64,000 nt of DNA from Oscillospiraceae bacterium (GTDB taxonomy: Bacteria; Bacillota; Clostridia; Oscillospirales; Acutalibacteraceae). Position numbers and translations under genes: made by a program. Numbering within the stretch: position 1 is the first letter of the stretch; every line of letters starts with the position of its first letter. The notes below the pieces were generated by a model. It saw only the letters and a program-made list of their open reading frames with translations, was not told the origin of the DNA and made no database searches. Positions 10,168 through 22,799 of the stretch are shown here, piece after piece. The stretch spans positions 1,915-65,914 of the forward strand of contig SVPJ01000005.1 in assembly GCA_015065885.1 (NCBI GenBank). The letters run 5' to 3'.

Positions 10168-10201
10168 AAACGGGATAGAAGTCAACTTCTATCCCGTTTT
10201 T
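10168..10201 (+). terminator. Rho-independent terminator after rpsU
   Basis: Stem AACGGGATAGAAG / CTTCTATCCCGTT followed by a T-run. Confidence 0.75.
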
Positions 10202-10212
10202 CATTGTAGGAG

Positions 10213-10716
10213 GTGTCCGATATGGGGCTGTTTCGGCCGACGGTGCGGTATCGCCGTATTACAGATATTACGATAGACGATCTGCAACGTATGGCGGTGC
10301 AGGGCATTTTGTTGGACGTGGATAACACCCTCACCACGCACTATTGTCCCGACTTGTCGGACGAAGTGGCCCAGTGGCTTCGCACCGTGCAGGCGGCGGG
10401 TGTGAAACTTACCGTCGTGTCCAACGCCAAACGCTACCGTGTAGAGCCGTTTGCCGCAAAGATCGGGCTTTCCTGCGTATGGCTCGCGGCAAAACCCTTG
10501 CCTTTCGGTTTTTGGCGGGGAATGCGCCGTCTGGGTGTCGGTCGGCGGCACTGCCTTGCCATCGGCGATCAAACCTTTACCGACACGCTGGGTGCCAAAC
10601 TCGCGGGGGTGCGGGTGGTGCAACTGGAACCCATACAACTCGAAGAAGATAAGCCGTTTATGATGTGTAAACGGCGGATCGAAGCATATATACTGAAAAA
10701 GGAGGCACGGCGATGA
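10213..10716 (+). CDS. yqeG: YqeG-family HAD-IIIA phosphatase
   Basis: HAD motif I LLDVDNTL, then VVSNA and AIGDQTFTD. Start may be the ATG at 10222 instead of the GTG at 10213. Confidence 0.75.
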   Translation: MSDMGLFRPTVRYRRITDITIDDLQRMAVQGILLDVDNTLTTHYCPDLSDEVAQWLRTVQAAGVKLTVVSNAKRYRVEPFAAKIGLSCVWLAAKPLPFGFWRGMRRLGVGRRHCLAIGDQTFTDTLGAKLAGVRVVQLEPIQLEEDKPFMMCKRRIEAYILKKEARR

Positions 10717-11573
10717 CGGCACGGTTCGGTCCTGCGGGGAACGGGGATGATTTTACGCTGGCGGGTCTAAAGCATACGGCAGAAGCCCCTGCGTGGCTGC
10801 GCACGCTCGGACTTTCGGCGTATGAATACCAGTGCGGGCGCGGTGTGCGGCTGAATGAGGATACCGCCGCGGCGATCGCGCTTTCCGCCATGCAAAACGA
10901 TATTGCGGTGTCGGTACACGCGCCGTATTTCATCTCGCTTGCTTCGGCAGAAGAAGAAAAACGGGATAACAGTTTAAAATACATTTTGGACAGCGCGGCG
11001 GCGGTGTCGATGCTCGGCGGTGACCGTATCGTGGTGCATCCCGGTGGGCTCGGCGGCCGCACGCGGGAGGAAGCGACTGCACTGGCGGTGCAGACCCTCA
11101 CCCGCGCCCAACGCGTGTTGGACGACGCGGGGCTCGGCGCGGTGCATATCTGCCCCGAAACGATGGGCAAGATCAACCAGTTGGGCGATCTGGACGAGGT
11201 GCTCACCTTCTGTGAGATCGACGAGCGGTTTTTGCCCTGCGTGGACTTCGGACATCTGAACTGCCGCGTGCAGGGTGCCTTGAATTCCGCCGACGCATTG
11301 GTGGGGGTGCTGGATACGGTTGCCAACCGTTTGGGTGTCGAGCGTATGCGGAAGATGCACATTCATTTTTCCCGCATCGAATATACGACGGGCGGCGAAA
11401 AACGCCACCTCACCTTTGAGGAAACGGCGTTCGGTCCCGAGCCGCAGCATTTGGCGGAAGCGCTGGTGCGGCGGGATGCCGCTCCCGTGGTGATCTGTGA
11501 ATCGGCGGGTACGCAGGCGCGGGATGCCGCGACGCTGTGCCGTTTGTGGAACGAGCAAAAAGGAGTGGAATGA
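10713..11573 (+). CDS. Endonuclease IV (Nfo)-like AP-endonuclease family 2 TIM-barrel protein
   Basis: VHAPYFISLAS, IVVHPGG, CPETMGK and VDFGHLN blocks resemble Nfo metal-binding blocks. Confidence 0.55.
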   Translation: MTARFGPAGNGDDFTLAGLKHTAEAPAWLRTLGLSAYEYQCGRGVRLNEDTAAAIALSAMQNDIAVSVHAPYFISLASAEEEKRDNSLKYILDSAAAVSMLGGDRIVVHPGGLGGRTREEATALAVQTLTRAQRVLDDAGLGAVHICPETMGKINQLGDLDEVLTFCEIDERFLPCVDFGHLNCRVQGALNSADALVGVLDTVANRLGVERMRKMHIHFSRIEYTTGGEKRHLTFEETAFGPEPQHLAEALVRRDAAPVVICESAGTQARDAATLCRLWNEQKGVE

Positions 11574-12646
11574 CAATGGTTTGGGAATGGCAACGATTGG
11601 CAGAGCATTTTGAAAAAGGGGAAGGGGCGCTCATCACCGCGGCACCCGATCAACGGTTGCTCACGCATTTCCCCGTGGACGATGCCCACGTGTTGGTGGC
11701 GGCAGACGGCGCGGTGTTGGTTACCGACTCGCGCTATATCGAAGCCGCCGAACGGGACGTACGATCGATGGAGATATTGTGCCCGAAAAACTTCAATGAA
11801 GAGGTGGCGGCGTGGCTTGCACGTCACGAAGTTTCCCGTTTGCACGTGCAGGCGGGGCACGTGAGCTTGTCTTCCTTTGGATGGTGGAAGACCGTTCTGC
11901 CCCAAGTGGAGTTGGTGGGTGACGGTGCGCTTGACGGCTGGCTTGCCGCTCTGCGCACGGTGAAGACACCCGAACAGATCGAGGCGATCCGTCGGGCACA
12001 GGCGCTCACCGACGAAGGGTTTGCCTACATCCTCGAGCGTATCGAGGCGGGTCGTACCGAGCGGGAAGTTGCGCTCGATCTGGAATTTGCGATGCGGCGT
12101 GCGGGTGCGGAAGGTATGGCGTTCGATTGCATCGTGGTGGCGGGCGAAAACGGCTCGTTGCCGCATGGGGTGCCGGGCGACCGTGTGATCCGCCGCGGCG
12201 ACCTTATCACGATGGATTTCGGTGCCAAACTCGACGGCTGGCATTCGGATATGACCCGCACGGTGGCGGTCGGTGAGGTAGCGGATTGGCAGCGTGAAAT
12301 TTACGACACGGTGCTGAAAGCGCAGGAGGCGTGCCTTCGGGGTCTCAAAGCGGGCGTGACCTGCGCCGCCGGTGACGCGCTGGCACGCGACGTCATCAAG
12401 GCGGCAGGCTACGGCGCGTATTTCGGGCACGGCACGGGTCACGGCGTGGGGTTACAGATCCACGAAGCGCCGTCGCTGTCACCGCGCGGCGGTGACCGTC
12501 CGCTCCAGGTGGGCGAGATCGTGACGGTGGAGCCCGGTATCTATCTGCCGGGGAAAGGCGGTGTCCGCATCGAAGATATGGTGGTCATCACCGAAAACGG
12601 CATCGATAATTTGACCAAATCCCCGAAAAATTTGATAATTTTATAA
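11570..12646 (+). CDS. M24-family Xaa-Pro aminopeptidase (PepP/PapA-like)
   Basis: HGTGHGVGLQIHE, EPGIY and GVRIED metal-ligand blocks. ATGA overlap with the upstream stop. Lies upstream of efp, as B. subtilis papA does. Confidence 0.8.
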   Translation: MTMVWEWQRLAEHFEKGEGALITAAPDQRLLTHFPVDDAHVLVAADGAVLVTDSRYIEAAERDVRSMEILCPKNFNEEVAAWLARHEVSRLHVQAGHVSLSSFGWWKTVLPQVELVGDGALDGWLAALRTVKTPEQIEAIRRAQALTDEGFAYILERIEAGRTEREVALDLEFAMRRAGAEGMAFDCIVVAGENGSLPHGVPGDRVIRRGDLITMDFGAKLDGWHSDMTRTVAVGEVADWQREIYDTVLKAQEACLRGLKAGVTCAAGDALARDVIKAAGYGAYFGHGTGHGVGLQIHEAPSLSPRGGDRPLQVGEIVTVEPGIYLPGKGGVRIEDMVVITENGIDNLTKSPKNLIIL

Positions 12647-12674
12647 TTTTCAGCGGGAAATTACCACTTTTTAC

Positions 12675-12703
12675 TTGCATTATCGTTCGTTATCGGTTAC
12701 AAT
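12675..12703 (+). promoter_or_regulatory. Sigma-A type promoter for efp
   Basis: TTGCAT (12675-12680), 17-nt spacer, TACAAT (12698-12703). Confidence 0.55.
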
Positions 12704-12744
12704 AAGGTGTACGAATGTAATAAAACATACGGAGGATTAGTATT

Positions 12745-13302
12745 ATGATTTCTGCAGGTGATTTTCGTAACGGCGTTACGTTTGAGATGGACGGTAACGT
12801 GTATCAGATCATTGAGTTCCAGCACGTGAAGCCGGGCAAGGGCGCGGCGTTCGTGCGTACCAAGGTGCGCAACGTTATCGCGGGTTCGGTGGTTGAAAAG
12901 ACGTTCAGCCCCACCGACAAGTTCCCCACCGCGTATGTGGAGCGCAAGGAGATGGAGTATTCCTACACCGACGGCGATCTCTACTACTTTATGGATCCCG
13001 AATCCTTCGAACTGGTGCCGATCGGTGCCGACGTGCTGTCCGACAGCTTCAAGTTCGTGAAGGAAAACATGGTCTGCCGCGTGATGTCCTATAAGGGCAA
13101 GGTGTTTGGTGTGGAAGCGCCGAACTTCGTGGAACTGCAGGTCACCCAGACCGATCCCGGTTTCAAGGGCGACACCGCCACCAACGCGACCAAACCCGCC
13201 ACCCTCGAAACGGGTGCGGAGATCCGCGTGCCGCTCTTCATCGACGAGGGCGAAATGATCCGTGTGGACACCCGTACGGGCGAATACATGGAGCGCGCAT
13301 AA
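12745..13302 (+). CDS. efp: Elongation factor P
   Basis: 185 aa; [40 protein letters not shown] with the conserved KPGKG loop. Confidence 0.95.
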   Translation: MISAGDFRNGVTFEMDGNVYQIIEFQHVKPGKGAAFVRTKVRNVIAGSVVEKTFSPTDKFPTAYVERKEMEYSYTDGDLYYFMDPESFELVPIGADVLSDSFKFVKENMVCRVMSYKGKVFGVEAPNFVELQVTQTDPGFKGDTATNATKPATLETGAEIRVPLFIDEGEMIRVDTRTGEYMERA

Positions 13303-13340
13303 GTTGACGCAATATTAACCACCACAAAGGAGGAACGGTT

Positions 13341-13775
13341 ATGGCTACGATTACGGAAAAGGTTGCCTATTTGAAGGGCTTGGTCGAAGGTATGGATATC
13401 GACCAGTCCACCAAAGAGGGTAAGGTACTCACCGCGGTGATGGACGTGCTGAGCGATCTCGCCACCACGCTGGAGGATCTGGAGGATTACACCGCCGAAC
13501 TCACCGAACAGGTCGATGCGATCGATGAAGATCTGGATCTGCTCGAATCGGATTACTATGAAGAGTGGGAAGAGGACGACGACTACTGCGACGGTTGCTG
13601 TGACGATTGCGACGAAGATTGCGGTGACGAGTTCTACGACGTGACCTGCCCCAGCTGTGACACCACCTTCTGCGTGGATGAAGAAACGTTGCTGGAAGGC
13701 GGCATCGAATGCCCGAACTGCGGCGAAAATCTGGAATTCGAGATCGAAGAAGACGAGATCGAAGAGGAAGACTAA
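13341..13775 (+). CDS. Highly acidic protein with Cys-rich segment and C-terminal zinc ribbon (CD1247 N-terminal-domain-like)
   Basis: 144 aa, extremely D/E rich. CDGCCDDCDEDCGDE, then CPSC...CPNC. The family name is recalled, not searched. Confidence 0.55.
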   Translation: MATITEKVAYLKGLVEGMDIDQSTKEGKVLTAVMDVLSDLATTLEDLEDYTAELTEQVDAIDEDLDLLESDYYEEWEEDDDYCDGCCDDCDEDCGDEFYDVTCPSCDTTFCVDEETLLEGGIECPNCGENLEFEIEEDEIEEED

Positions 13776-13853
13776 GGCAAGGCGGAGGTGGATGCCGTCT
13801 CGGCGGTCATCACCCTGCAGGACTTTATTGACAGTCGTAAAAAATGAGAAAAA

Positions 13854-13897
13854 GGGCTGTCGCGTTAAAGCAGTAACGCGACAGCCCTGCTTTTTTT
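13854..13897 (+). terminator. Rho-independent terminator after the efp operon
   Basis: 14-bp stem GGGCTGTCGCGTTA / TAACGCGACAGCCC followed by T7. Confidence 0.8.
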
Positions 13898-13900
13898 GCG

Positions 13901-13953
13901 AAAAACTCAAAAATCTCAAAAAAATTTCAAAAAATCTCAAAAAAACCTCAAAA
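13901..13953. repeat. Phased A-tract array (putative intrinsic DNA bend / UP-like element)
   Basis: Six A4-A7 tracts start at 13901, 13909, 13918, 13929, 13939 and 13950 (spacing 8-11 bp), separated by CTC/TTC. Confidence 0.6.
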
Positions 13954-13984
13954 CTGTGCTGTCAGCATCGGACTTTTCTGTTTT

Positions 13985-13997
13985 GATGTGCTACAAT
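13985..13997 (+). promoter_or_regulatory. Extended -10 promoter (TGcTACAAT) for the collagen-like gene
   Basis: GATGTGCTACAAT with TACAAT at 13992-13997. No good -35. The identical 13-mer recurs at 19874-19886. Confidence 0.45.
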
Positions 13998-14055
13998 GAA
14001 AGAGCAATGGGGGCAAGGATGCCCCGAAGAGCTTTTTTATAGGAGTGTGACAGAA

Positions 14056-18900
<4,845 letters not shown>

Positions 18901-18981
18901 GATATACGGTGCCTTCCTCATTGAGATAGTAGGTAGTCGTGCATTTTTTAGGAATGGATTAAAACTGTTGGATGTGAGAAA

Positions 18982-19452
18982 ATGAGTAGTGAAAGAAAAA
19001 TTCCTGAACACTTAAAGCATAAGCCACTGTATGTGATCAGCGGTTACGAAAAAATGGACAGCGAATACAAAGATGGCGAAACCGATGTTGTCGGCTTGTC
19101 TGTCGGTAAAGCGCAGTGGGATGCCGAAAAAGTCATTCCCAGTGTCAAAGTGTGGCGGTATAAAACCCGTTGGTCTCGTCAAAGCGAGGAAACGACGTTT
19201 ACCCGTGCGTTGGATATGGCAACGTTGGTCATTAAGGTGTTGGACAAGCATTACAACGGGCAGGAACTCGAACCGATAACCGTAAACGGCATTTACAAAC
19301 CGGTGAAACAATACGAAGGATATACACAGGCGGATATCGCGGCGTTCGATGCCTACTTACAAGAGCATAAGGACGACATCGGTGCCCATCTGGAACTGTT
19401 GCAAACGGCGATCCGCTCATACTGTGAAAATTCTCTTGTGAAAAAGGCGTAA
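18982..19452 (+). CDS. Hypothetical protein (156 aa), inside the low-GC islet
   Basis: Clean ORF with ATG start and no recognisable motif. AT-rich like the 3' end of the upstream gene. Confidence 0.6.
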   Translation: MSSERKIPEHLKHKPLYVISGYEKMDSEYKDGETDVVGLSVGKAQWDAEKVIPSVKVWRYKTRWSRQSEETTFTRALDMATLVIKVLDKHYNGQELEPITVNGIYKPVKQYEGYTQADIAAFDAYLQEHKDDIGAHLELLQTAIRSYCENSLVKKA

Positions 19453-19464
19453 TACATATATAAA

Positions 19465-19513
19465 ACACCCCCGCCCTTGCGCTACGGCGCAAAGACGGGG
19501 GTGTCATTTTCTT
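19465..19513 (+). terminator. Compound hairpin terminator
   Basis: Outer stem ACACCCCCG / CGGGGGTGT and inner stem TTGCGC / GCGCAA, followed by CATTTTCTT. Confidence 0.55.
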
Positions 19514-19575
19514 GGCATGGCGGTGGGACTTGCACCTTCGGCGCCAAGTCCGTGAGTGAGCGATCGGTCGGGAAC

Positions 19576-19829
19576 GGGACGTCGAGGGCGCCGTCCCCTA
19601 CCGCATAACACGAATCGTGCGGTAGGGGCGGCAATCTGCCGCCCGCATTACGACCTCTCCGTCACGGCTACGCCGTGCCACCTCTCCTTGAAAGGAGAGG
19701 CAAGGGGTGGGGCGCCCGCTACGGGTACGTGGTCGGTCGTGGGACGGACGCGCCATGCGCGCCCCTACCGTGTGCCCGCGAAAAAGCGAGGCGGATTTGG
19801 CACGGACGGGTCGGGAGACCCGTCCCTAC
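19576..19829. repeat. Cluster of REP-like GTAG-flanked hairpins (BIME-like)
   Basis: 19576-19601 (minus) reads GTAGGGGACGGCGCCCTCGACGTCCC. 19622-19644 (plus) reads GTAGGGGCGGCAATCTGCCGCCC. 19741-19768 (minus) reads GTAGGGGCGCGCATGGCGCGTCCGTCCC. 19804-19829 (minus) reads GTAGGGACGGGTCTCCCGACCCGTCC. There is a short GTAGCGGGCGCCCC at 19709-19722 (minus), plus extra hairpins at 19663-19677 and 19681-19700. Confidence 0.75.
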
Positions 19830-19857
19830 GGGTTGTTACCGATTTTGCGACAAACAG

Positions 19858-19886
19858 TGGACATATCCGACGGGATGTGCTACAAT
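19858..19886 (+). promoter_or_regulatory. Sigma-A promoter with extended -10 for the MATE gene
   Basis: TGGACA (19858-19863), 17-nt spacer ending in TGC, TACAAT (19881-19886). Confidence 0.55.
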
Positions 19887-19942
19887 ACATTCATCGACAA
19901 AAAGTGAGATGATGTGTGATGGCGCTCGGACGGCGCAAAAAT

Positions 19943-21298
19943 ATGGATATGACGGTGGGCAGTGTGCCCAAAAACATACTGCTGTTTGCCTTTCCGCTGT
20001 TGCTCGGCAACCTGTTTCAGCAACTCTACAATATGGTGGACACCTGGGTCATCGGGCAGACGGGGCAGACGGGTGCCTATGCCGCGGTGGGCAGTATCGG
20101 CCCTGTCATTAATATTCTGATCGGCTTCTTTTTGGGCCTTTCCAGCGGCGCGGGGGTGGTCATCTCCCAGTATTTCGGTGCGAAAAAAGAGCACGAGGTG
20201 CGCCGTGCGGTACACACCGCCGTGGCGATGACACTGATTATGGGTGTGCTGTTCACCGCGCTCGGCTTGTGGCTGGCGCCCTACATTCTGCGCTTGATGT
20301 TAAACGGTGAGCAGTCGGTAGAGGTGTATCCCTTTGCCAAGACCTATCTCACCATCTATTTTGCGGGAGTGATGGGGCTGATGGTGTACAACATCGGTGC
20401 GGGCATTCTCCGCGCGGTGGGGGATTCCCGCCGTCCGTTCTACTTCCTCGTGGTGTCGGCTGTGTTGAACATCGTGCTCGACCTCGTTTTTGTATTTGGA
20501 TTCGAAATGGGGGTGGCGGGTGTGGCACTGGCCACCGTGATCGCGCAAACCGTGTCCGCGGTGCTGACGGTCATCACCCTTTTACGCACTTCGCTGTGCG
20601 TGCAGGTGCGGGTGCGGGACATCCGTATCGACCGCGAAATGCTTGGCAAAATTGTGAAAGTCGGCATTCCTGCAGCGTTGCAGATGGCGATCACGGCGTT
20701 CTCCAACGTGTTCGTGCAGTCGTACATCGCAAACGTCAACGGCGACCAAACGGCATGTCTCGGCGGCTGGACGACCTATTCCAAGGTGGATATGTTCATC
20801 TTTATGCCGGTGCAGTCGATCGCGTTGGCGGTGACCACGTTTGTGGGACAGAATTTGGGATGCGGGCAGGTCAAACGTGCCAAGAAAGGCACGTTCACCG
20901 CGTTTTTAATGGCGCTTGGTGCGACGGTGGCGGTGATCGCGCTTGTCATGGCACTGGCCGCGCCGCTCGCCCGCATCTTTAACCCCGATCCGTTGGTGGT
21001 GCATTACGCGACCCTGCTCCTTCACACGCTGACCCCGTTTTATGTACTGTGCTGTGTGAACCAGATCTTTTCGGCAGCCTTGCGCGGGGCGGGGGATACC
21101 CGCGCACCGATGATCATTATGCTGTCCTCCTTCGTGGCGTTTCGGCAGGTGTATTTGTTCGTGATGTCGAATTACATTTCCAACGAGATATTGCCGCTCG
21201 GTATGAGTTATCCCGCGGGATGGTTGCTGTGTGCGATATTGACGGTGGTGTATTACCTGCGTTGTGATTTCAGCCGCAACCGCGTGGTGGAAGAATAA
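19943..21298 (+). CDS. MATE family efflux transporter
   Basis: 12-TM protein with the typical MATE N-terminus (VPKNILLFAFPLLLGNLFQQLYNMVDTWVIGQ) and a second-half repeat. ATG at 19943 is preferred over the GTG at 19916. Confidence 0.85.
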   Translation: MDMTVGSVPKNILLFAFPLLLGNLFQQLYNMVDTWVIGQTGQTGAYAAVGSIGPVINILIGFFLGLSSGAGVVISQYFGAKKEHEVRRAVHTAVAMTLIMGVLFTALGLWLAPYILRLMLNGEQSVEVYPFAKTYLTIYFAGVMGLMVYNIGAGILRAVGDSRRPFYFLVVSAVLNIVLDLVFVFGFEMGVAGVALATVIAQTVSAVLTVITLLRTSLCVQVRVRDIRIDREMLGKIVKVGIPAALQMAITAFSNVFVQSYIANVNGDQTACLGGWTTYSKVDMFIFMPVQSIALAVTTFVGQNLGCGQVKRAKKGTFTAFLMALGATVAVIALVMALAAPLARIFNPDPLVVHYATLLLHTLTPFYVLCCVNQIFSAALRGAGDTRAPMIIMLSSFVAFRQVYLFVMSNYISNEILPLGMSYPAGWLLCAILTVVYYLRCDFSRNRVVEE

Positions 21299-21308
21299 GG
21301 AACAAGAA

Positions 21309-21340
21309 AGGACTTCAGCTCGTGCTGAAGTCCTTTGTTT
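21309..21340. terminator. Bidirectional terminator between the convergent MATE and RAYT genes
   Basis: Stem AGGACTTCAGC / GCTGAAGTCCT, loop TCGT, then TTGTTT. Confidence 0.7.
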
Positions 21341-21346
21341 GTGGGG

Positions 21347-21802
21347 TCAGTCGGTAAAAAAGCAATCCGATTTCCATCGCAGTGGGTTTTGCTCTATATA
21401 ATTCCAAATGTTTGCGTAGTCGCGTTCGTTACGTATGATGTGATCGTGGAAAGAACGTTGAAAGAGCGGTTTGCCGATCTCTTTCGAGACCAAAGTCTTT
21501 ATCGATCGCACTACTGTCGAAACCGAATGTGTAGGGGGCGATGCCCACATCGCCCCGTCCCCTAATTTTATAAGCAAATGGATGTGGTTGGGCATAATTA
21601 CGTATTTTTCAACCTCTGCGGCGGAGCGTAAATACTTTTCAACTACCATGCCGTAAGGTTTCGGGACGATGTGGGCATCGTCCCCTACGATATCACATAG
21701 CAGTTTTTCTTTGCTTTTTACACAGATCGTCACAAAATAGTAACCGATAGTTTTGTAATCGTATCCCTTGCACCGAAGGGATTTTCGCTTTGGTAGTTCC
21801 AT
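21347..21802 (-). CDS. REP-associated tyrosine transposase (RAYT) / IS200-like Y1 HUH transposase homologue
   Basis: 151 aa with HUH motif (PNHIHLLIK) and a C-terminal Tyr helix (DYANIWNYIEQNP). No TnpB partner. Starts 3 nt after the SGNH gene stop. Confidence 0.8.
   Translation of the reverse strand: MELPKRKSLRCKGYDYKTIGYYFVTICVKSKEKLLCDIVGDDAHIVPKPYGMVVEKYLRSAAEVEKYVIMPNHIHLLIKLGDGAMWASPPTHSVSTVVRSIKTLVSKEIGKPLFQRSFHDHIIRNERDYANIWNYIEQNPLRWKSDCFFTD
21531..21688. repeat. Inverted pair of 26-nt REP-like hairpins inside the RAYT coding sequence
   Basis: 21531-21556 (plus) is GTAGGGGGCGATGCCCACATCGCCCC. The reverse complement of 21663-21688 is GTAGGGGACGATGCCCACATCGTCCC. Each has a 9-bp stem and 4-nt loop. 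The only two differences are the two partners of one base pair. Confidence 0.85.
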
Positions 21803-21805
21803 ATT

Positions 21806-22795
21806 TCACGCGAAATACGGTTTCAATTTCGCGGTCAAATTGCGGGCGATCTCAATGACACCTTCCACACCGGGGTGGACGATGTCGGTCACCAATCCCG
21901 CGCCGTTCGGCAGAATATCAAGACCCGGGATATGTACGATACGGTCGCTGCCGATGCGGGCGATCTCCTCTTCCAACACACGGCGGAAGGGCGGCGCCAT
22001 ATTCTCGTTGAACAGGTCGCCGCGATAGCAGAACACGTCGATGCAGAAAAGGTAGGCATCGGGGTGGGTGTTGTGCATGGATTCGAGCATATACCGCACT
22101 CTGCCGCGGAAATCCTCGGGATCGTAGTGGTCCACCATATTGATACCCAGTTCCAACACCGCAAAATCCCAATCGTTGCGGGCGGCAAACCAATCGGCAA
22201 ACTCTTTTTCCAGTTTGCAGTTGCCTGCCACACCGTGGTTAAAGTGGTCACATCCGAGCGCTTCCGCCACGCGGCGGCTCCAAAGAAGAATGTTCGATGC
22301 CAGGCAGGCGCCTTGTGTAATGGAAGAACCGTAGAAGATGCCGGTCTTTTGAGGCACTTCGTCCGCCTGCGGCGGGCGGCAGGGCCCTTCGATGGCATGT
22401 ACGATGACGGGGGCATTGCCGAGCAGGATACGCACCACGTTGTGGGCGTAGGGGAGGTTGTAGAGTTCGGTCAGGTGGGCCGTGTGTTTCGCCATCTTCG
22501 GCGGGTTGAAGGTAAAGGTGGTGGGGGTGGAGGGAATGGTGATGTGCTGCAGCGGCTCGCCCGATTGCAAACCGCCGTAAAAAACGGTGGCGTAGTTGCT
22601 GCCGCGTGCCGACAGGGTAAGTTTCACTTCCCCCTCGGGCACGAAACGCAGTTCCATACCGACCATGCATTTGGTATGTTCCATCAAGTGCGGATGAACT
22701 TCGTACACTTCGCGGGGCAGGCGATAGGGCATGACACCGCCCTCAACTTCGTGCAGTTCCACTGCACCGTGGATGTCCAAATTTTGATACAACAT
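21806..22795 (-). CDS. SGNH/GDSL-type hydrolase (putative carbohydrate esterase)
   Basis: Block I FYGSSITQG, block II GVAGN, block V DIVHP, preceded by a roughly 140-aa beta-rich N-domain. Confidence 0.6.
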   Translation of the reverse strand: MLYQNLDIHGAVELHEVEGGVMPYRLPREVYEVHPHLMEHTKCMVGMELRFVPEGEVKLTLSARGSNYATVFYGGLQSGEPLQHITIPSTPTTFTFNPPKMAKHTAHLTELYNLPYAHNVVRILLGNAPVIVHAIEGPCRPPQADEVPQKTGIFYGSSITQGACLASNILLWSRRVAEALGCDHFNHGVAGNCKLEKEFADWFAARNDWDFAVLELGINMVDHYDPEDFRGRVRYMLESMHNTHPDAYLFCIDVFCYRGDLFNENMAPPFRRVLEEEIARIGSDRIVHIPGLDILPNGAGLVTDIVHPGVEGVIEIARNLTAKLKPYFA

Positions 22796-22799
22796 GTGA

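Noticed and set aside
19556-20112. ORFs of 66-145 aa inside the REP cluster (for example 19556-19912 and 19675-20112).
   Set aside because: Their sequences are direct read-through of the GTAG hairpins (Arg/Gly/Pro-rich). They lack RBSs and overlap the MATE promoter and start.
21347-21802. Autonomous IS200/IS605 insertion sequence.
   Set aside because: There is no tnpB, and no subterminal left- or right-end hairpins flank the gene. On the left is only a terminator, and on the right the SGNH gene stop is 3 nt away. A RAYT-type domesticated Y1 transposase is the better description.
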